64,000 nucleotides of DNA from Acidobacteriota bacterium (lineage in GTDB: Bacteria; Acidobacteriota; UBA890; WLXD01): contig CBDFKD010000002.1 of the NCBI GenBank assembly GCA_965248695.1, positions 4,128,001 to 4,192,000 on the forward strand, read 5' to 3'. The notes beneath the pieces were generated by a model that worked only from the letters and a program-made list of their open reading frames with translations, ran no database searches and was not told the origin of the DNA. Below are positions 1-10,400 of this stretch, piece by piece. Made by a program: the position numbers and the translations under genes. How positions within the stretch are numbered: position 1 is the first letter of the stretch; each line of letters starts with the position of its first letter.

Positions 1-376
1 CGTCGACCTCCTGGCGGTCACGCCCACGCCCACGCCAGCGTCGCCGGCGATCTTCGCTCCCGTCGTCGTTGTCCCATTCATCCCAGTCGGCGTAGATCTC
101 CACCGATTCCGGGCCACCTTCGACGACGAATTCATCGACGTCGGCTCCGATGGTACCGGTAACCAACAACTCGTTGGTCTCCCACCCGACGACGCGGATG
201 TCTCCAACGATGATCTCGTTGATCTCGAGCTGCACGTCGGAGTTCACCGGACGCCGGTCGTCGATCTCCTGTTGCGCCACCGCGGTGACGGGCATCGCGA
301 GCCCGATGAGCAGTGAGGCGACAGGCAGCAGGGTGCTGCGAAGATCCGCGTGTTTGAAACAACGTCGTGCCCTCAT
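1..376 (-). CDS. DUF4097-like secreted beta-strand repeat protein (N-terminal part; runs off window)
   Basis: Own translation, not in ORF track: MRARRCFKHADLRSTLLPVASLLIGLAMPVTAVAQQEIDDRRPVNSDVQLEINEIIVGDIRVVGWETNELLVTG...; signal peptide, GAGGA RBS, follows an ECF/anti-sigma pair as is typical for this family. Confidence 0.7.
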   Translation of the reverse strand, partial: MRARRCFKHADLRSTLLPVASLLIGLAMPVTAVAQQEIDDRRPVNSDVQLEINEIIVGDIRVVGWETNELLVTGTIGADVDEFVVEGGPESVEIYADWDEWDNDDGSEDRRRRWRGRGRDRQEVD

Positions 377-392
377 GATGATCGGTCCTCGT

Positions 393-1082
393 TCAGATGC
401 GACTGATTTCCCGCAGGAAGATCACTCGCTTGCGGTACATATCGGTGAGCTGATTGAGCAATCCGGCATTTACCGGGTCGCGTTCCAGGGCGCTACGGGC
501 GGAGGTAATCGCCTCGTCGATCAGGCGCAAGTTTTCTTCGACAACACGGACGGTCTCCGGCGACAGCTCCGAACGGTGCTCGTCGAGTGCGCGCAGGAGC
601 TCATCGGTGATCTCCTGGTAGCTCCGCTCGGCGGCGCGGAAACCATCCCAGGCAATGGAGATGAAGTCCTCGGACGGCGCCAGCGGGCGCACCTCCGGCG
701 GCAGTGGCGCCTGCACGAGGTACGCGATGATCCCCGACGATACCGCTACCAGCAGCATCGCAGCCGCCGCAATCGAGCCGACTCGGCGCCAGTTGACCAG
801 CGTTTGCTCAGAGTCGCGCACACCGACACGATCCCCGCCGAATCGCGGGCGCATGATCTTGCGGTTCTCGATCCCGGCGGCGACTCCCGGCCATAGATCA
901 GTGGGTGGGGCAATCTCGCGTCGCAGGGAGGCGGTCCGCGTCGCCAGATCGCGCCTGCGGGCGAGCTCGGCCCGCAGCTCGGACGAACTCGCGAGTAGCG
1001 GCTCGAGCCGGGCACGGTCCTCGTCCGAGATCGTGCCGTCGATCAGTTCGTCCAGACTGCGAAGCGTCTCTTCGGAGCTCAT
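393..1082 (-). CDS. Membrane anti-sigma factor
   Basis: MSSEETLRSLDELIDG...PPTDLWPGVAAGI, single TM helix, C-terminal NLRLIDEAI...ALERDP helix; ATG overlaps sigma stop (ATGA); true start inside ORF 393..1646. Confidence 0.8.
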   Translation of the reverse strand: MSSEETLRSLDELIDGTISDEDRARLEPLLASSSELRAELARRRDLATRTASLRREIAPPTDLWPGVAAGIENRKIMRPRFGGDRVGVRDSEQTLVNWRRVGSIAAAAMLLVAVSSGIIAYLVQAPLPPEVRPLAPSEDFISIAWDGFRAAERSYQEITDELLRALDEHRSELSPETVRVVEENLRLIDEAITSARSALERDPVNAGLLNQLTDMYRKRVIFLREISRI

Positions 1083-1639
1083 TGGTTCAGTGCCTCCCGC
1101 AGTAACTTCCGGGCACGGTGGAGCTGTGCTTTCGATGTTCCGGTCGCAACTCCGGTGAGCTGCGCGATCTCGTCGTGTCGGTAACCCTCGATGTCGTAGA
1201 GCACGAAGATCGTGCGGGCACCGTCGGGCAGCGCCGCGATGGCCTCTTCCAGATCGACCGTCGGGCCGCGATTGGTGCGATCGGCGAGGGCGGCGTGGTA
1301 GGAAAGATCGTCCTGCTCGACGGTACGCGCGCGTCGGCGCATCTCGCTGCGACGGTGGCTGAGCACGACGTTGGCCGCTAGCCGATGCATCCAGGTGGAG
1401 AAGCTGGCGTCGCCACGAAAGGTGTGGAGTTTTTCCCAGGCACGTATGAATGCTTGCTGGGTGAGCTCTTCGGCTTCGACGGGCCTGCCGGTCATGCGCA
1501 GGCACAGAGCGTAGATACGGCCGCTGTTCTCGTGGTACAGCTCTTCGAAGGCGGCCGTGTCGCCGTCGGCGGCGCGAGCTACCAGCGCCCTTGCCGGGTT
1601 GGGCGTCATCGCTGTTGGCCTGTGGGTGACTGCCTGCAT
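1079..1639 (-). CDS. ECF RNA polymerase sigma-70 factor
   Basis: GDTAAFEELY, AEELTQQAF, FSTWMHRLAAN (region 2); YRHDEIA...GTSKAQLHRAR (region 4). Confidence 0.95.
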   Translation of the reverse strand: MQAVTHRPTAMTPNPARALVARAADGDTAAFEELYHENSGRIYALCLRMTGRPVEAEELTQQAFIRAWEKLHTFRGDASFSTWMHRLAANVVLSHRRSEMRRRARTVEQDDLSYHAALADRTNRGPTVDLEEAIAALPDGARTIFVLYDIEGYRHDEIAQLTGVATGTSKAQLHRARKLLREALNQ

Positions 1640-1678
1640 GGGACATCCCGAGAGGGTGCTCGCGTGCCGTTCACGATC

Positions 1679-1708
1679 TTAGATACTCGGGAGGGTCACG
1701 GGGTTTGA
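1679..1708 (-). promoter_or_regulatory. Putative ECF autoregulatory promoter TCAAAC-N16-GTATCT(AA)
   Basis: AAC-type -35 and TCT-type -10 about 40 nt upstream of the sigma start. Confidence 0.45.
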
Positions 1709-1839
1709 ACCCGATTGGTGCGGCGTGGCTGGCGGCTGCCGTCGGGATCGTGAGCGACCGGTCGATCGGTGCCAGCGTACCGATTGTAGAGTTACGACCC
1801 TGAGCCTGCAGGTGGTCGCGCTGGAAGCGAATGACCGGT

Positions 1840-2047
1840 TAGTGGCCTGTAACAGATGAATCGATAGCGCCGCAGATGGGATTTGCGGGCGAGATCAAGG
1901 CGCGGGTCCGCAGAATGGCGGCGAAATGGGGCCGCCTGCTCTGTTGCTCCTCCTCGGAGATGCACCAACATCGACTCGTCGGAGCGCCTTGTATCCGACC
2001 CCATTTGGCCACCACGGCACTATCGATTCATCTGTTACAGGCCACTA
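1840..2047. mobile_element. MITE-like non-autonomous element, 208 bp, 33-bp terminal inverted repeats
   Basis: TAGTGGCCTGTAACAGATGAATCGATAGCGCCG (1840-1872) versus CGGCACTATCGATTCATCTGTTACAGGCCACTA (2015-2047), 1 mismatch; TA at both ends; inner IR CAAGGCGC/GCGCCTTG; no transposase. Confidence 0.8.
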
Positions 2048-3535
2048 GGCAGCCTGTGCCCTTCCTGCAGGTACGGCGCGGCCCCGGGCCCAGGCGCGCA
2101 GCTCGGCGACGGCCTCGGCGCGCGTTACCGCCAACGGTACGGTGGCGCGGATCTCGGCCAGCATGTGCTGGGTGGCGAGACCGGTTCCATCGGCAAACGC
2201 TGCGTAGAGCGCGGCCACGACGATGCTCTCGATCTCTGTACCGCTGAAACCCCGCGCCGCTGTCGCCAGCTCCGTGAGGTCGAAGTCGTCCGCGGCGCGA
2301 GCACGGGCGCGCAGCTGGGCGGCGAAGATCTCGGCGCGCTCGTGGGCGTCAGGCAGGTCGACGAAGAAGATCTCGTCGAACCTTCCCTTGCGCATGAGCT
2401 CGGGGGGAAGCGTGGTCGCCGAGTTGCAGGTCGCCACCACGAAGACCCCGGCCGGCCGATCCTGGAGCCAGCCCAGGAGTCGGGCCAAGAGTCGGCGCGA
2501 TAGTCCGCCATCGGACTGGCTGTCATTGGCCGACAGCGATTTCTCGATCTCGTCGATGAGCACCACGCAGGGCGCCATTTGCTCGATGCCGCTGAGGGCG
2601 CGCTCGAGCCGTCGCTCGGTCTCCCCGATGAACTTGTCGTACAGCCGACCAGTTTCGAGCGCGAGTAGGGGCACCCCCCACTCGTGAGCTACCGAGCGTG
2701 CCGCCATGCTCTTGCCGCACCCCTGGACACCGAGCAGCAGTAGGCCCCGCGGCGCCTCCAGGCCGAATTCGGTGGCTCCGGGAGCGAAAGCGAGCTGTCG
2801 GCGGTCAAGCCAGGCGCGAAGATTTTCGAGGCCCGCCGGTACCGGGGCGTCGGCGATGGGTATCACCTGCACCAGCCCGTCGGCCGCCAGCCGCTTGGCC
2901 TTGAGCTCGGTGAGACCGGCGGCAGCCTCGACGGTCAACGCACCGTCGCGCAACGCAACCTCGGTGAGGGCGCGCTCGGCTTCGAACAGTGTCAGGCCGA
3001 CGAGCGGCTCGACCAGCTGTTTCATGCCGTCGCGATCCACCTTCAGGACCACGCCGTGCTGCTGTTGAAGGCGCTCGGCAACCGAGCTTGCAAGCTGCTG
3101 CAAGGCGGCGCGATCGGGCAGGCCGAGGTCGAAAAAGGCAGCGAATCGGCTCAGCTCGGACGGCAGCTCGATCGACGGCCCCGACATCAGCAGGGTGCGG
3201 CGGTCACGCGAAAACGGCTTCAGCAGATCGAGCACGCCGCGCAGCACCGCCGGCTGCTCGAGCACGCGCTCGAGATCCTTGAAGAAGAAGACCCCGGGGC
3301 TCTCGAGGCTGGCTGCTGCAGCCAGAGCGGCGGCGGGCTCGTGCGTATCGTAAATCGCCGCCTCGGCGTCGTGTCGACGCAGCCCCTGACTCACGGTCCA
3401 GGTGAAAAGCGGCAGCGACATGCGCCCGGCCACTCGACGCAGCGCCTGCTCGACACGGTCCTCGTCAAGCGCTTCTACGGCGATGATCGGGTAGCGTGAC
3501 TCGATGAGCAACTGTAGATCGCGGAGCGCTCGCAC
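2045..3535 (-). CDS. AAA+ ATPase, Ycf46-like
   Basis: Walker A GVQGCGKS, Walker B VLIDEIEK, LPPELMRKGRFDEIFFVDLP; GTG start with GGAGG RBS. Confidence 0.9.
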   Translation of the reverse strand: MRALRDLQLLIESRYPIIAVEALDEDRVEQALRRVAGRMSLPLFTWTVSQGLRRHDAEAAIYDTHEPAAALAAAASLESPGVFFFKDLERVLEQPAVLRGVLDLLKPFSRDRRTLLMSGPSIELPSELSRFAAFFDLGLPDRAALQQLASSVAERLQQQHGVVLKVDRDGMKQLVEPLVGLTLFEAERALTEVALRDGALTVEAAAGLTELKAKRLAADGLVQVIPIADAPVPAGLENLRAWLDRRQLAFAPGATEFGLEAPRGLLLLGVQGCGKSMAARSVAHEWGVPLLALETGRLYDKFIGETERRLERALSGIEQMAPCVVLIDEIEKSLSANDSQSDGGLSRRLLARLLGWLQDRPAGVFVVATCNSATTLPPELMRKGRFDEIFFVDLPDAHERAEIFAAQLRARARAADDFDLTELATAARGFSGTEIESIVVAALYAAFADGTGLATQHMLAEIRATVPLAVTRAEAVAELRAWARGRAVPAGRAQAA

Positions 3536-3633
3536 GGATCCTCCGACCGGCGGTGAAAAAGGTCGTCCATCAGGGTACGACTGCGGCCAGGTCGGTCCGA
3601 AGCCCTTTCTTACCACCTGCGACGATGCCCCTC

Positions 3634-3686
3634 GGGGACGCCAGCCGAGGAGGTCGTCGCGGGAACGCTAGCCGAGGAGGTCGTCG
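3634..3686. repeat. 27-bp-period tandem duplication of the 3' end of the upstream oxidoreductase gene
   Basis: GGGGACGCCAGCCGAGGAGGTCGTCG (3634-3659) versus GGGAACGCTAGCCGAGGAGGTCGTCG (3661-3686). Confidence 0.8.
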
Positions 3687-4573
3687 AGCGCCGCGCGCAG
3701 CTGTGGGAAGCGGAACTTGTATCCCGCCGCCTGCAGCGCGCGTGGGAGCACGCGCTTGCTGGTCAGGAGCTCGGACGCGAACCCGCCGAGAACGATCTTG
3801 AGCGCCAGCGCCGGTGCTGGTATGAACGCTGGTCGATGCAAGACCGCGCCTAGCGTCCGCGCGAAATCGTGCTGACGCACCGGGACCGGCGCGGTGGTAT
3901 TGAGCGGCCCGTCCATCGGTTCGTCGAGGCAATGTTGGATGACGCCCAGGACATCAGCGAGGTGTATCCACGACCACCACTGCCGCCCGGAGCCCAGGGG
4001 CCCGTTCATTCCGATCCTGGCCGGTAGCAGCATCTGCTCCAGCGCCCCGCGCCCGTGGCCGAGGACGATTCCAGTGCGCAGCCGAACCACTCGCGTCCCC
4101 GGACCCTCGGCCAACCGGGCGGCCGCCTCCCAGGCGGCGCACACCTCGGCCAGGAAATCGTCGCCGGCGGGCTCGGCTTCGCCGAGCTCGTCGTCGCCGC
4201 GGTCGCCGTAGAAGCCGATGGCGCTGGCGCTGATCAGAACGGCTGGGGGCGACGGTGCAGAGCGGATTCCGTCCACCAGGTTCCGCGTCCCAGCGACCCG
4301 GCTGTCCAATATCCTGCGCCGCTGGGCGGCTCCCCAGCGTCCGGCGACCGACTCGCCTGCCAGGTGCACGAGGGCATCCAGCCCGTCCACCGCCGTCGTC
4401 GGCGGGGGCCCGGCGACAGGGTGCCATTCCTGGATGTTGTCGAGCATGGGCAGGCGCTGTTTGGCGACAGCGGGATTGCGCGAGAGCGCGGTGACGGTGT
4501 GACCAGCGCCGGTCAACGCCCGACACAGGGCCGACCCGACGAACCCCGTCGCTCCGGTGACCAGTATGTTCAT
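3668..4573 (-). CDS. TIGR01777 family NAD-dependent epimerase/oxidoreductase (YfcH-like)
   Basis: MNILVTGATGFVG, HLAGE, SASAIGFYG, GSGRQWWSWIH. Confidence 0.92.
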   Translation of the reverse strand: MNILVTGATGFVGSALCRALTGAGHTVTALSRNPAVAKQRLPMLDNIQEWHPVAGPPPTTAVDGLDALVHLAGESVAGRWGAAQRRRILDSRVAGTRNLVDGIRSAPSPPAVLISASAIGFYGDRGDDELGEAEPAGDDFLAEVCAAWEAAARLAEGPGTRVVRLRTGIVLGHGRGALEQMLLPARIGMNGPLGSGRQWWSWIHLADVLGVIQHCLDEPMDGPLNTTAPVPVRQHDFARTLGAVLHRPAFIPAPALALKIVLGGFASELLTSKRVLPRALQAAGYKFRFPQLRAALDDLLG

Positions 4574-4657
4574 GTGTGCCTCAGGGCTGATAGGTAGTCT
4601 CGATCGGTGGGCTCGCCAAGTTTGACGAAAGGATCGTCACTGATAGATGTTAGGCGC

Positions 4658-5227
4658 ATGGCGGCCCAGGTAAAGGACAACGTTGAACGTTTTCGGCAGG
4701 CCCTGGGCTTGCTGGGCGGCACTGCGCGTGTGCTCGAGAGTGGATTCGCTCTCGGCGAGGCGATCGATACCATCGTCCGCGAGCAACCAGGCCCGCCGGC
4801 GCTACTTTACGAGCCCTTTGCGCTTGCCGACCAGATGGGCTTGTACCTCGCACTCCGCGCTCGCGGTGTCGATCTCGTGCCGGTGCAGCAGGCGGGTGAG
4901 CGCGCCGCCGAACTGCGCGTCGGGCTGACGGTTGCCGAGCTGGCGATTGCCGAGTCGGGTACGCTGCTCGTCGGCGGCGAACCTGGCGGTTGGGGGCTGG
5001 CGACCATCTTGCCGTGGGTTCACATCGCGGTGCTTCGGGCGCGCGATATCGCTCCCGATATCACCAGCGCTTTCGAGGAGTTCGCCCTGCGGTTCGCTGC
5101 TGGCCAGCGTAACTGGGTCTGGATAAGTGGGCCGTCGAGGACGGCCGATATCGCTCAGAAGCTGGTGATGGGGATCCACGGCCCCAATGCGTTGCAGGTG
5201 CTCATCGTCGACGACGAGGCCCGGTGA
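4658..5227 (+). CDS. lutC: LutC/YkgG family LUD-domain protein
   Basis: AIAESGTL and ISGPSRTADIAQKLVMGIHGP; start uncertain (4607 or 4658). Confidence 0.85.
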   Translation: MAAQVKDNVERFRQALGLLGGTARVLESGFALGEAIDTIVREQPGPPALLYEPFALADQMGLYLALRARGVDLVPVQQAGERAAELRVGLTVAELAIAESGTLLVGGEPGGWGLATILPWVHIAVLRARDIAPDITSAFEEFALRFAAGQRNWVWISGPSRTADIAQKLVMGIHGPNALQVLIVDDEAR

Positions 5228-7464
5228 GCATGAGCAGGCGCGATTTGCAGGCCGAGATCCGCGCTGCGTTGCTGGATTCCTCGTTGCAGAGCGCCGTACC
5301 CAGCGGCACGCGGGCGGCTGCTGCGAGACGGCGCAAGGCGGTCGATGGATTTGCCGCCTACGAGGCCAATCGCGACCGCGCCCGAGCCATCAAGGAGGAC
5401 GCCATCGAGCGTCTTCCGGAGTTGATCGAGACGCTGACCGAGGCGGTCACTGCGGCGGGCGGCTCCGTGCATCGGGCCGAGGACGCCGAGGCTGCCTGCC
5501 GGATTATCGTAGAGATCGCGCGGCTCGAAGGCCTGACGGCTGCGGTGAAGTCGAAATCGATGACCTCTGAGGAGATCCATCTCAACGCCGCGCTGGAGAG
5601 CGCCGGCCTGACGGTGCGCGAAACGGACCTCGGCGAGTACATCGTGCAGCTCGACGATGATCGTCCCTCCCATGCCATCGCTCCGATCATGCACAAGAGT
5701 CTGGAGGACGTCCGCAACGCGTTCCGTCGCGGGCTCGGCCGCGACGACGTTCCGGAGACCGCCGAGGAGCTCACCCAGCTGGCGCGCCAGCAACTACGGC
5801 GCGATTTCCTCGATGCACACCTGGGAATTACGGGCGCCAATTTCCTCATTGCCGAGAGCGGCACGGTGATCATCGTCGAGAACGAGGGCAACGCTCGATT
5901 GAGCACGCAGCTACCGCGAGCTCATATCGCGCTGGCCGGGATCGAGAAGATTCTGCCGACGATGGCGGATCTCGAACCGTTCATCGAGTTGCTCCCACGC
6001 TCCGGGACGGGCCAGCTTCTCACTAGCTACCTGTCCGTGATCACCGGGCCCGGGTGGGGCGCATCACCGCTGGTTCAGGGCCAGCGCAGCTTCCATCTCG
6101 TCCTGCTGGACAACGGGCGTAGTGCGATGCGTGACGACCCGGTGCTGCGCGAGGCGCTGTACTGCGTACGCTGCGGTGCGTGTATGAACGTCTGTGCGCC
6201 GTACCAGGCGGTCGGTGGCCACGTATTCGGTGGGCCCACCTACCAATCCGGCATCGGAGTTGCCTGGGAGGCCGGCGTCAGCGGTCTGCAGACCGCGGCC
6301 GAGTTCAACGAGCTGTGCACCACCTGCTCCCGGTGTCAGGACGTGTGCCCGGTGCGGATCGATATCCCGTGGATGACCTCAGTGGTGCGCGGGCGCGTCC
6401 GCGCGCAGCCCGGCGTCTCGAGCCCCCCGGGATCCGCGTTGCTGCTCGAGCCCCGCCGCCTGTATCGCCTGGCTCGCCGCGCCCGGAGGCTGCACGGGCT
6501 GGCTCAACTGCCGCCCGTGCGCTGGGCGCTGGAGCGGTTCGTGGGCATCGACCGACGACGCCCGCTGCCGCAGATCCCCGAGACGACGCTGGCCGATTGG
6601 TTCCGGCTGCGCGGCGGCAAGGTGGTCGAGGAGGCGGGTGCCGATGCCGACCGTCTCGATGCCGCTGCCGAGACAGGCCTGGTCGTTTTCTGGGCCGATT
6701 GCCACTCCAACTACGGTGATGTCGACGCTGCCCAGGCGGCAATTCGCGTTCTCGAGCGACTCGGCTTCCGCGTGCTGCTGGTGACCGGGCCGTGTTGCGG
6801 TCGGGCAGCGTTGTCACAGGGCGCGCTCGGGGTTGCACGCGAGCAAGCGTTCGAAGTGTCTCGGCTGCTGGTCCCGTTCGCCGACCGGCAGATTCCGATC
6901 GTCGGTCTCGAACCCTCGTGCCTGACATGCCTGACCGACGACCACTCCAAGCTCTCGCCCTCGAACAACGACGCGTTCCTGGTCGGTCTGAGCGTGCGGG
7001 AGATCATGGTCTTCCTCGAAGAGCACTCGAAGCTGCTCGGCAGCGCCCTGGCGCAGCAGGTTCCTGGGGACCACCATGTGGTCGTCCTCCACGGGCATTG
7101 CCAGCAAAAGTCGGCTGGATGGTACGACTCCAGCATCGGTGTACTGGCGCGACTGCCGGGTATCGAGGTCGCGTGCACGACCGCGGAGTGTTGTGGCATG
7201 GCGGGATCGTTCGGCTACAAACCGGAGGGCTACGCCGTCAGTCGTGAGCTCGGTACCCGACTTGTTGCCGAGATCGCGGAGCTGGAGGTCGCTGGCGGGG
7301 CCCGGGTTGACGAGGTACTGGCCAGCGGCACCTCCTGTCGCGCCCAATTGACCGACTTCGACGGTCGACGACCGCGCCACCCGATCGAGCTCGTTGCCGA
7401 CCGCATGGGCGCCACCCCGGGTCGGTCAGACACGGATCGCGTCAGCGGCGGAGCACGCCCTTGA
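5224..7464 (+). CDS. lutB: LutB-type LUD/4Fe-4S protein fused to two CCG domains (lactate utilisation Fe-S oxidoreductase)
   Basis: VKSKSMTSEEI, ETDLGEYIVQL, NEGN; CVRCGACMNVC and CTTCSRCQDVCP; C-terminal CCG, EPSC, HGHCQQ, CCGMAG. Confidence 0.88.
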   Translation: MSMSRRDLQAEIRAALLDSSLQSAVPSGTRAAAARRRKAVDGFAAYEANRDRARAIKEDAIERLPELIETLTEAVTAAGGSVHRAEDAEAACRIIVEIARLEGLTAAVKSKSMTSEEIHLNAALESAGLTVRETDLGEYIVQLDDDRPSHAIAPIMHKSLEDVRNAFRRGLGRDDVPETAEELTQLARQQLRRDFLDAHLGITGANFLIAESGTVIIVENEGNARLSTQLPRAHIALAGIEKILPTMADLEPFIELLPRSGTGQLLTSYLSVITGPGWGASPLVQGQRSFHLVLLDNGRSAMRDDPVLREALYCVRCGACMNVCAPYQAVGGHVFGGPTYQSGIGVAWEAGVSGLQTAAEFNELCTTCSRCQDVCPVRIDIPWMTSVVRGRVRAQPGVSSPPGSALLLEPRRLYRLARRARRLHGLAQLPPVRWALERFVGIDRRRPLPQIPETTLADWFRLRGGKVVEEAGADADRLDAAAETGLVVFWADCHSNYGDVDAAQAAIRVLERLGFRVLLVTGPCCGRAALSQGALGVAREQAFEVSRLLVPFADRQIPIVGLEPSCLTCLTDDHSKLSPSNNDAFLVGLSVREIMVFLEEHSKLLGSALAQQVPGDHHVVVLHGHCQQKSAGWYDSSIGVLARLPGIEVACTTAECCGMAGSFGYKPEGYAVSRELGTRLVAEIAELEVAGGARVDEVLASGTSCRAQLTDFDGRRPRHPIELVADRMGATPGRSDTDRVSGGARP

Positions 7465-10400
7465 GCGACGTCGGTGGCCGGCTGCGCGGGCTCCTGGTTT
7501 CTCAGTTCTTCGGTGCGTTCAACGACAACGCATGGCGCGTGATCGTCACCTTGCTGGCGATCGACGCGGTCCAAGCCGGTGGTGGCGCGGAGGCGGCCGC
7601 ACAGGCCCGAACGACGCTGGCAACTGTTGTCCTCACGGTTCCGCTGATCGTCTTCTCGCTCCCGGCAGGTCTGATCTCGGACCGATTCAGCAAGCGCACG
7701 GTGATCGTCGCCATGAAGGCGGTGGAGATCGTCCTCATGGCCACGGCCGCCTGGGTCCTGTACATAGAGCCGCAGGGCGGCGTGCTGGCGCTGGTTGTTC
7801 TCGGTTGCATGGGCGCACAAAGTGCGATCTTCAGCCCGTCCAAGTACGGCATCCTGCCCGAGTTGCTGCCGCACTCGCGACTGTCGCTAGGCAACGGCGT
7901 GCTCGAGATGTGGTCCACGCTGGCGATCATTGCCGGCACCGCGAGCGCCGGAGTGCTGCTCGGGATCGCAGGCACCCCGTGGGTCGCCGGCGCCGTGCTT
8001 TGCCTGCTCTCGCTGGCCGGGTTTGCGGCCGCTCTCACGGTTCCTGCGGTGCCCAAGGCGCGCACGTCCGGGGGTCTCGTGGCCAGCCTGCGAGACGGTT
8101 GGGGAGCAATCCGTGCGGATCGCGTGCTCGGTCTCGCGGTGGTGGGATCGATCTTCTTCTGGCTGGTGGCGAGCGTCTTCTTCCAGGTCAGCGTGGTGTA
8201 CGTGAAGACCCATCTCGGCCTGGCGAACACACCGGCGAGCCTGGCGCTCGGTGTTCTGATGGCCGGCATCGCTGCCGGCAGCATCCTCGCCGGCCGGCTG
8301 TCGCGCCGTCGAGTCGAGTACGGACTGCTGCCCCTCGGAGCCATGGGTCTGGCGGTGTTCACGCTGCTGTTCGGGCTGCTGGTACCGGGCTTCACGGGTA
8401 CGCTGGTTCTGCTGCTGATGATGGGCATCTCCGGCGGACTCATCAACGTCCCGCTCAATGCACTCAAACAGTGGCGGTCCCCGGCCGACATGCGCGGGTC
8501 GGTGCTGGCGCTGGCGAATCTGTTCGTCTACGTAGGCATTCTCGCCGGCTCTGTAGGCACCGGCCTGCTCGCGTCTGCCGGGTTCTCGAGCCAGTACATC
8601 CTGCTGATCACCGCCGCCGGCGTGATCGCAGCGACCGTATGGGCGCTGTGGCTGTTGCCGGATGCCCTTGTACGCCTGCTGTTGGTGCTCAGCACCAACA
8701 CGTTCTACCGGCTCGAGGTGATCGGAGCCGATCGCATTCCTTCCAAGGGCGGAGCCCTCCTGATCCCGAACCACGTCTCGTTCATCGATGCGTTCCTGTT
8801 GCTCGCCAGCACCGACCGGCCGATCCGTTTCCTCGCCGATGTCACGTACTACGACCACCCGCTGCTGCATCCGTTCATGAAGTCGCTCGGCGCCATCCCG
8901 ATTGCCGCATCGGGAGGCCCCAAGCTGATCCTGCGGGCGATGCGCGCGGCGGGCAAGGCGATCGAACGTGGCGAGATCGTGTGTATCTTTCCGGAGGGCC
9001 AGATCACGCGCATCGGCATGATGCTGCCCTTCCGTCGTGGCTTCGAGCGCATCGTCAAGGGGCGCGACGTACCGATCATTCCGCTGTTCCTGGACCGTGT
9101 GTGGGGCAGCATCTTCAGCCGCTCAGGTGGTCGGTTCTTCACCAAGGTACCGGCGCGGATTCCCTATCCGGTGACCATCAGCGTCGGCTCGCCGCTAGCC
9201 TCAAATACTCCCATCCACGAGGTGCGCCGCGCGGTGCGCGAGCTCGGCACCGAGGCCTGGATGGCGCGCATCCGGGATAGCGTGCCGTTGCACCATAGCT
9301 TCGTCCGTTGCTTCCGCTCGCGGCCGTGGAAGCTCGCGTTCGCTGACGTGACGCGACCGCACATCAGTCGATTCAAGGCCCTCGTCGGGGCCATCGCCCT
9401 GTCGCGCGCGCTGCGCAAGCACTGGGATGGGCAGGAGACGGTCGGCATCCTGCTGCCCTCGTCGGGGTCGGCGGGGCCCTGGTCAACATCGCGTCGGCGC
9501 TGGCGGGCAAGGTGTCGGTGAACCTGAATTTCACCGCCGGCAAGCGAGGCATGGAGTCTGCCGCTAGTCAGGCGGGGCTCAGAACAGTGGTCACCAACGG
9601 GCTCTTCCTCGCCAAGGCGGAGCTAACGCTTCCCGATGGCGTCAAGCCGATTTGGATCGAGGAAGTCTCGAAGGAGATCGGGGCCGCAGATCGGATTGTC
9701 GCCATGTTGCTGGCTTTGCTGGCCCCCGTCCGCCGGCTGGAGCGAGCCTGTGGGGCGGTCCGCCCGGTGCGGGCCGAGGATCTCGTGACGATCATCTTCA
9801 GCAGCGGCAGCACCGGGGAGCCCAAGGGCGTGCCGCTGAGTCACTTCAACGTCGACTCGAACCTGCGCGGCTGCTTGCAGATCGTCCCGATCTCTTCGCG
9901 CGACCGGCTGCTCGGTATGCTGCCGTTCTTCCATTCGTTCGGCTTCATGGCGACGCTCTGGATGGTCGCCAATATCGGCGTGCCGGTCATCTATCATCCC
10001 AGCCCGCTCGATGCGACGGCGATCGGTGACCTGGTACGGCGGTACCGGGCGACGATCATGTTCGCTACGCCGACCTTCATCCAGCTCTACACGCGCCGCC
10101 TCACGCCGGGCCAGTTCGGGTCGTTGCGGTTGGTGGTTGTTGGCGCCGAGAAGCTGCAGACGGCGATTGCTGACGCTTTCCGGGACCACTTCGGGTTCGA
10201 CCCTCTCGAGGGATACGGGATTACCGAAACGGCGCCGGTGATTGCGGTGAACGTCCCGGATTTCCGCGCCGCCGGTCTCTACCAACCCGGATGGCGGCGG
10301 GGCACCGTCGGTCAGACGGTTCCCGGCGTGTCGGTACGAGTCGTCGACCCGGAGACCGACGAGATTCTGCCCCCTGACGAGGAAGGGATGCTGCTGGTGC

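Noticed and set aside
1792-2247. ORFs on both strands containing the same peptide RYRFICYRPL/HYRFICYRPL
   Set aside because: Artefact of translating the MITE terminal inverted repeats.
2045-3535. AAA ATPase as a defence-system component
   Set aside because: Ycf46-like family with no adjacent nuclease, protease or effector.
7394-9280. Long alternative-frame ORFs (also 39452..40915, 17914..18399, 29904..30536, 1083..1646)
   Set aside because: Arg/Ala/Gly-rich shadow frames typical of high-GC DNA overlapping well-supported genes.
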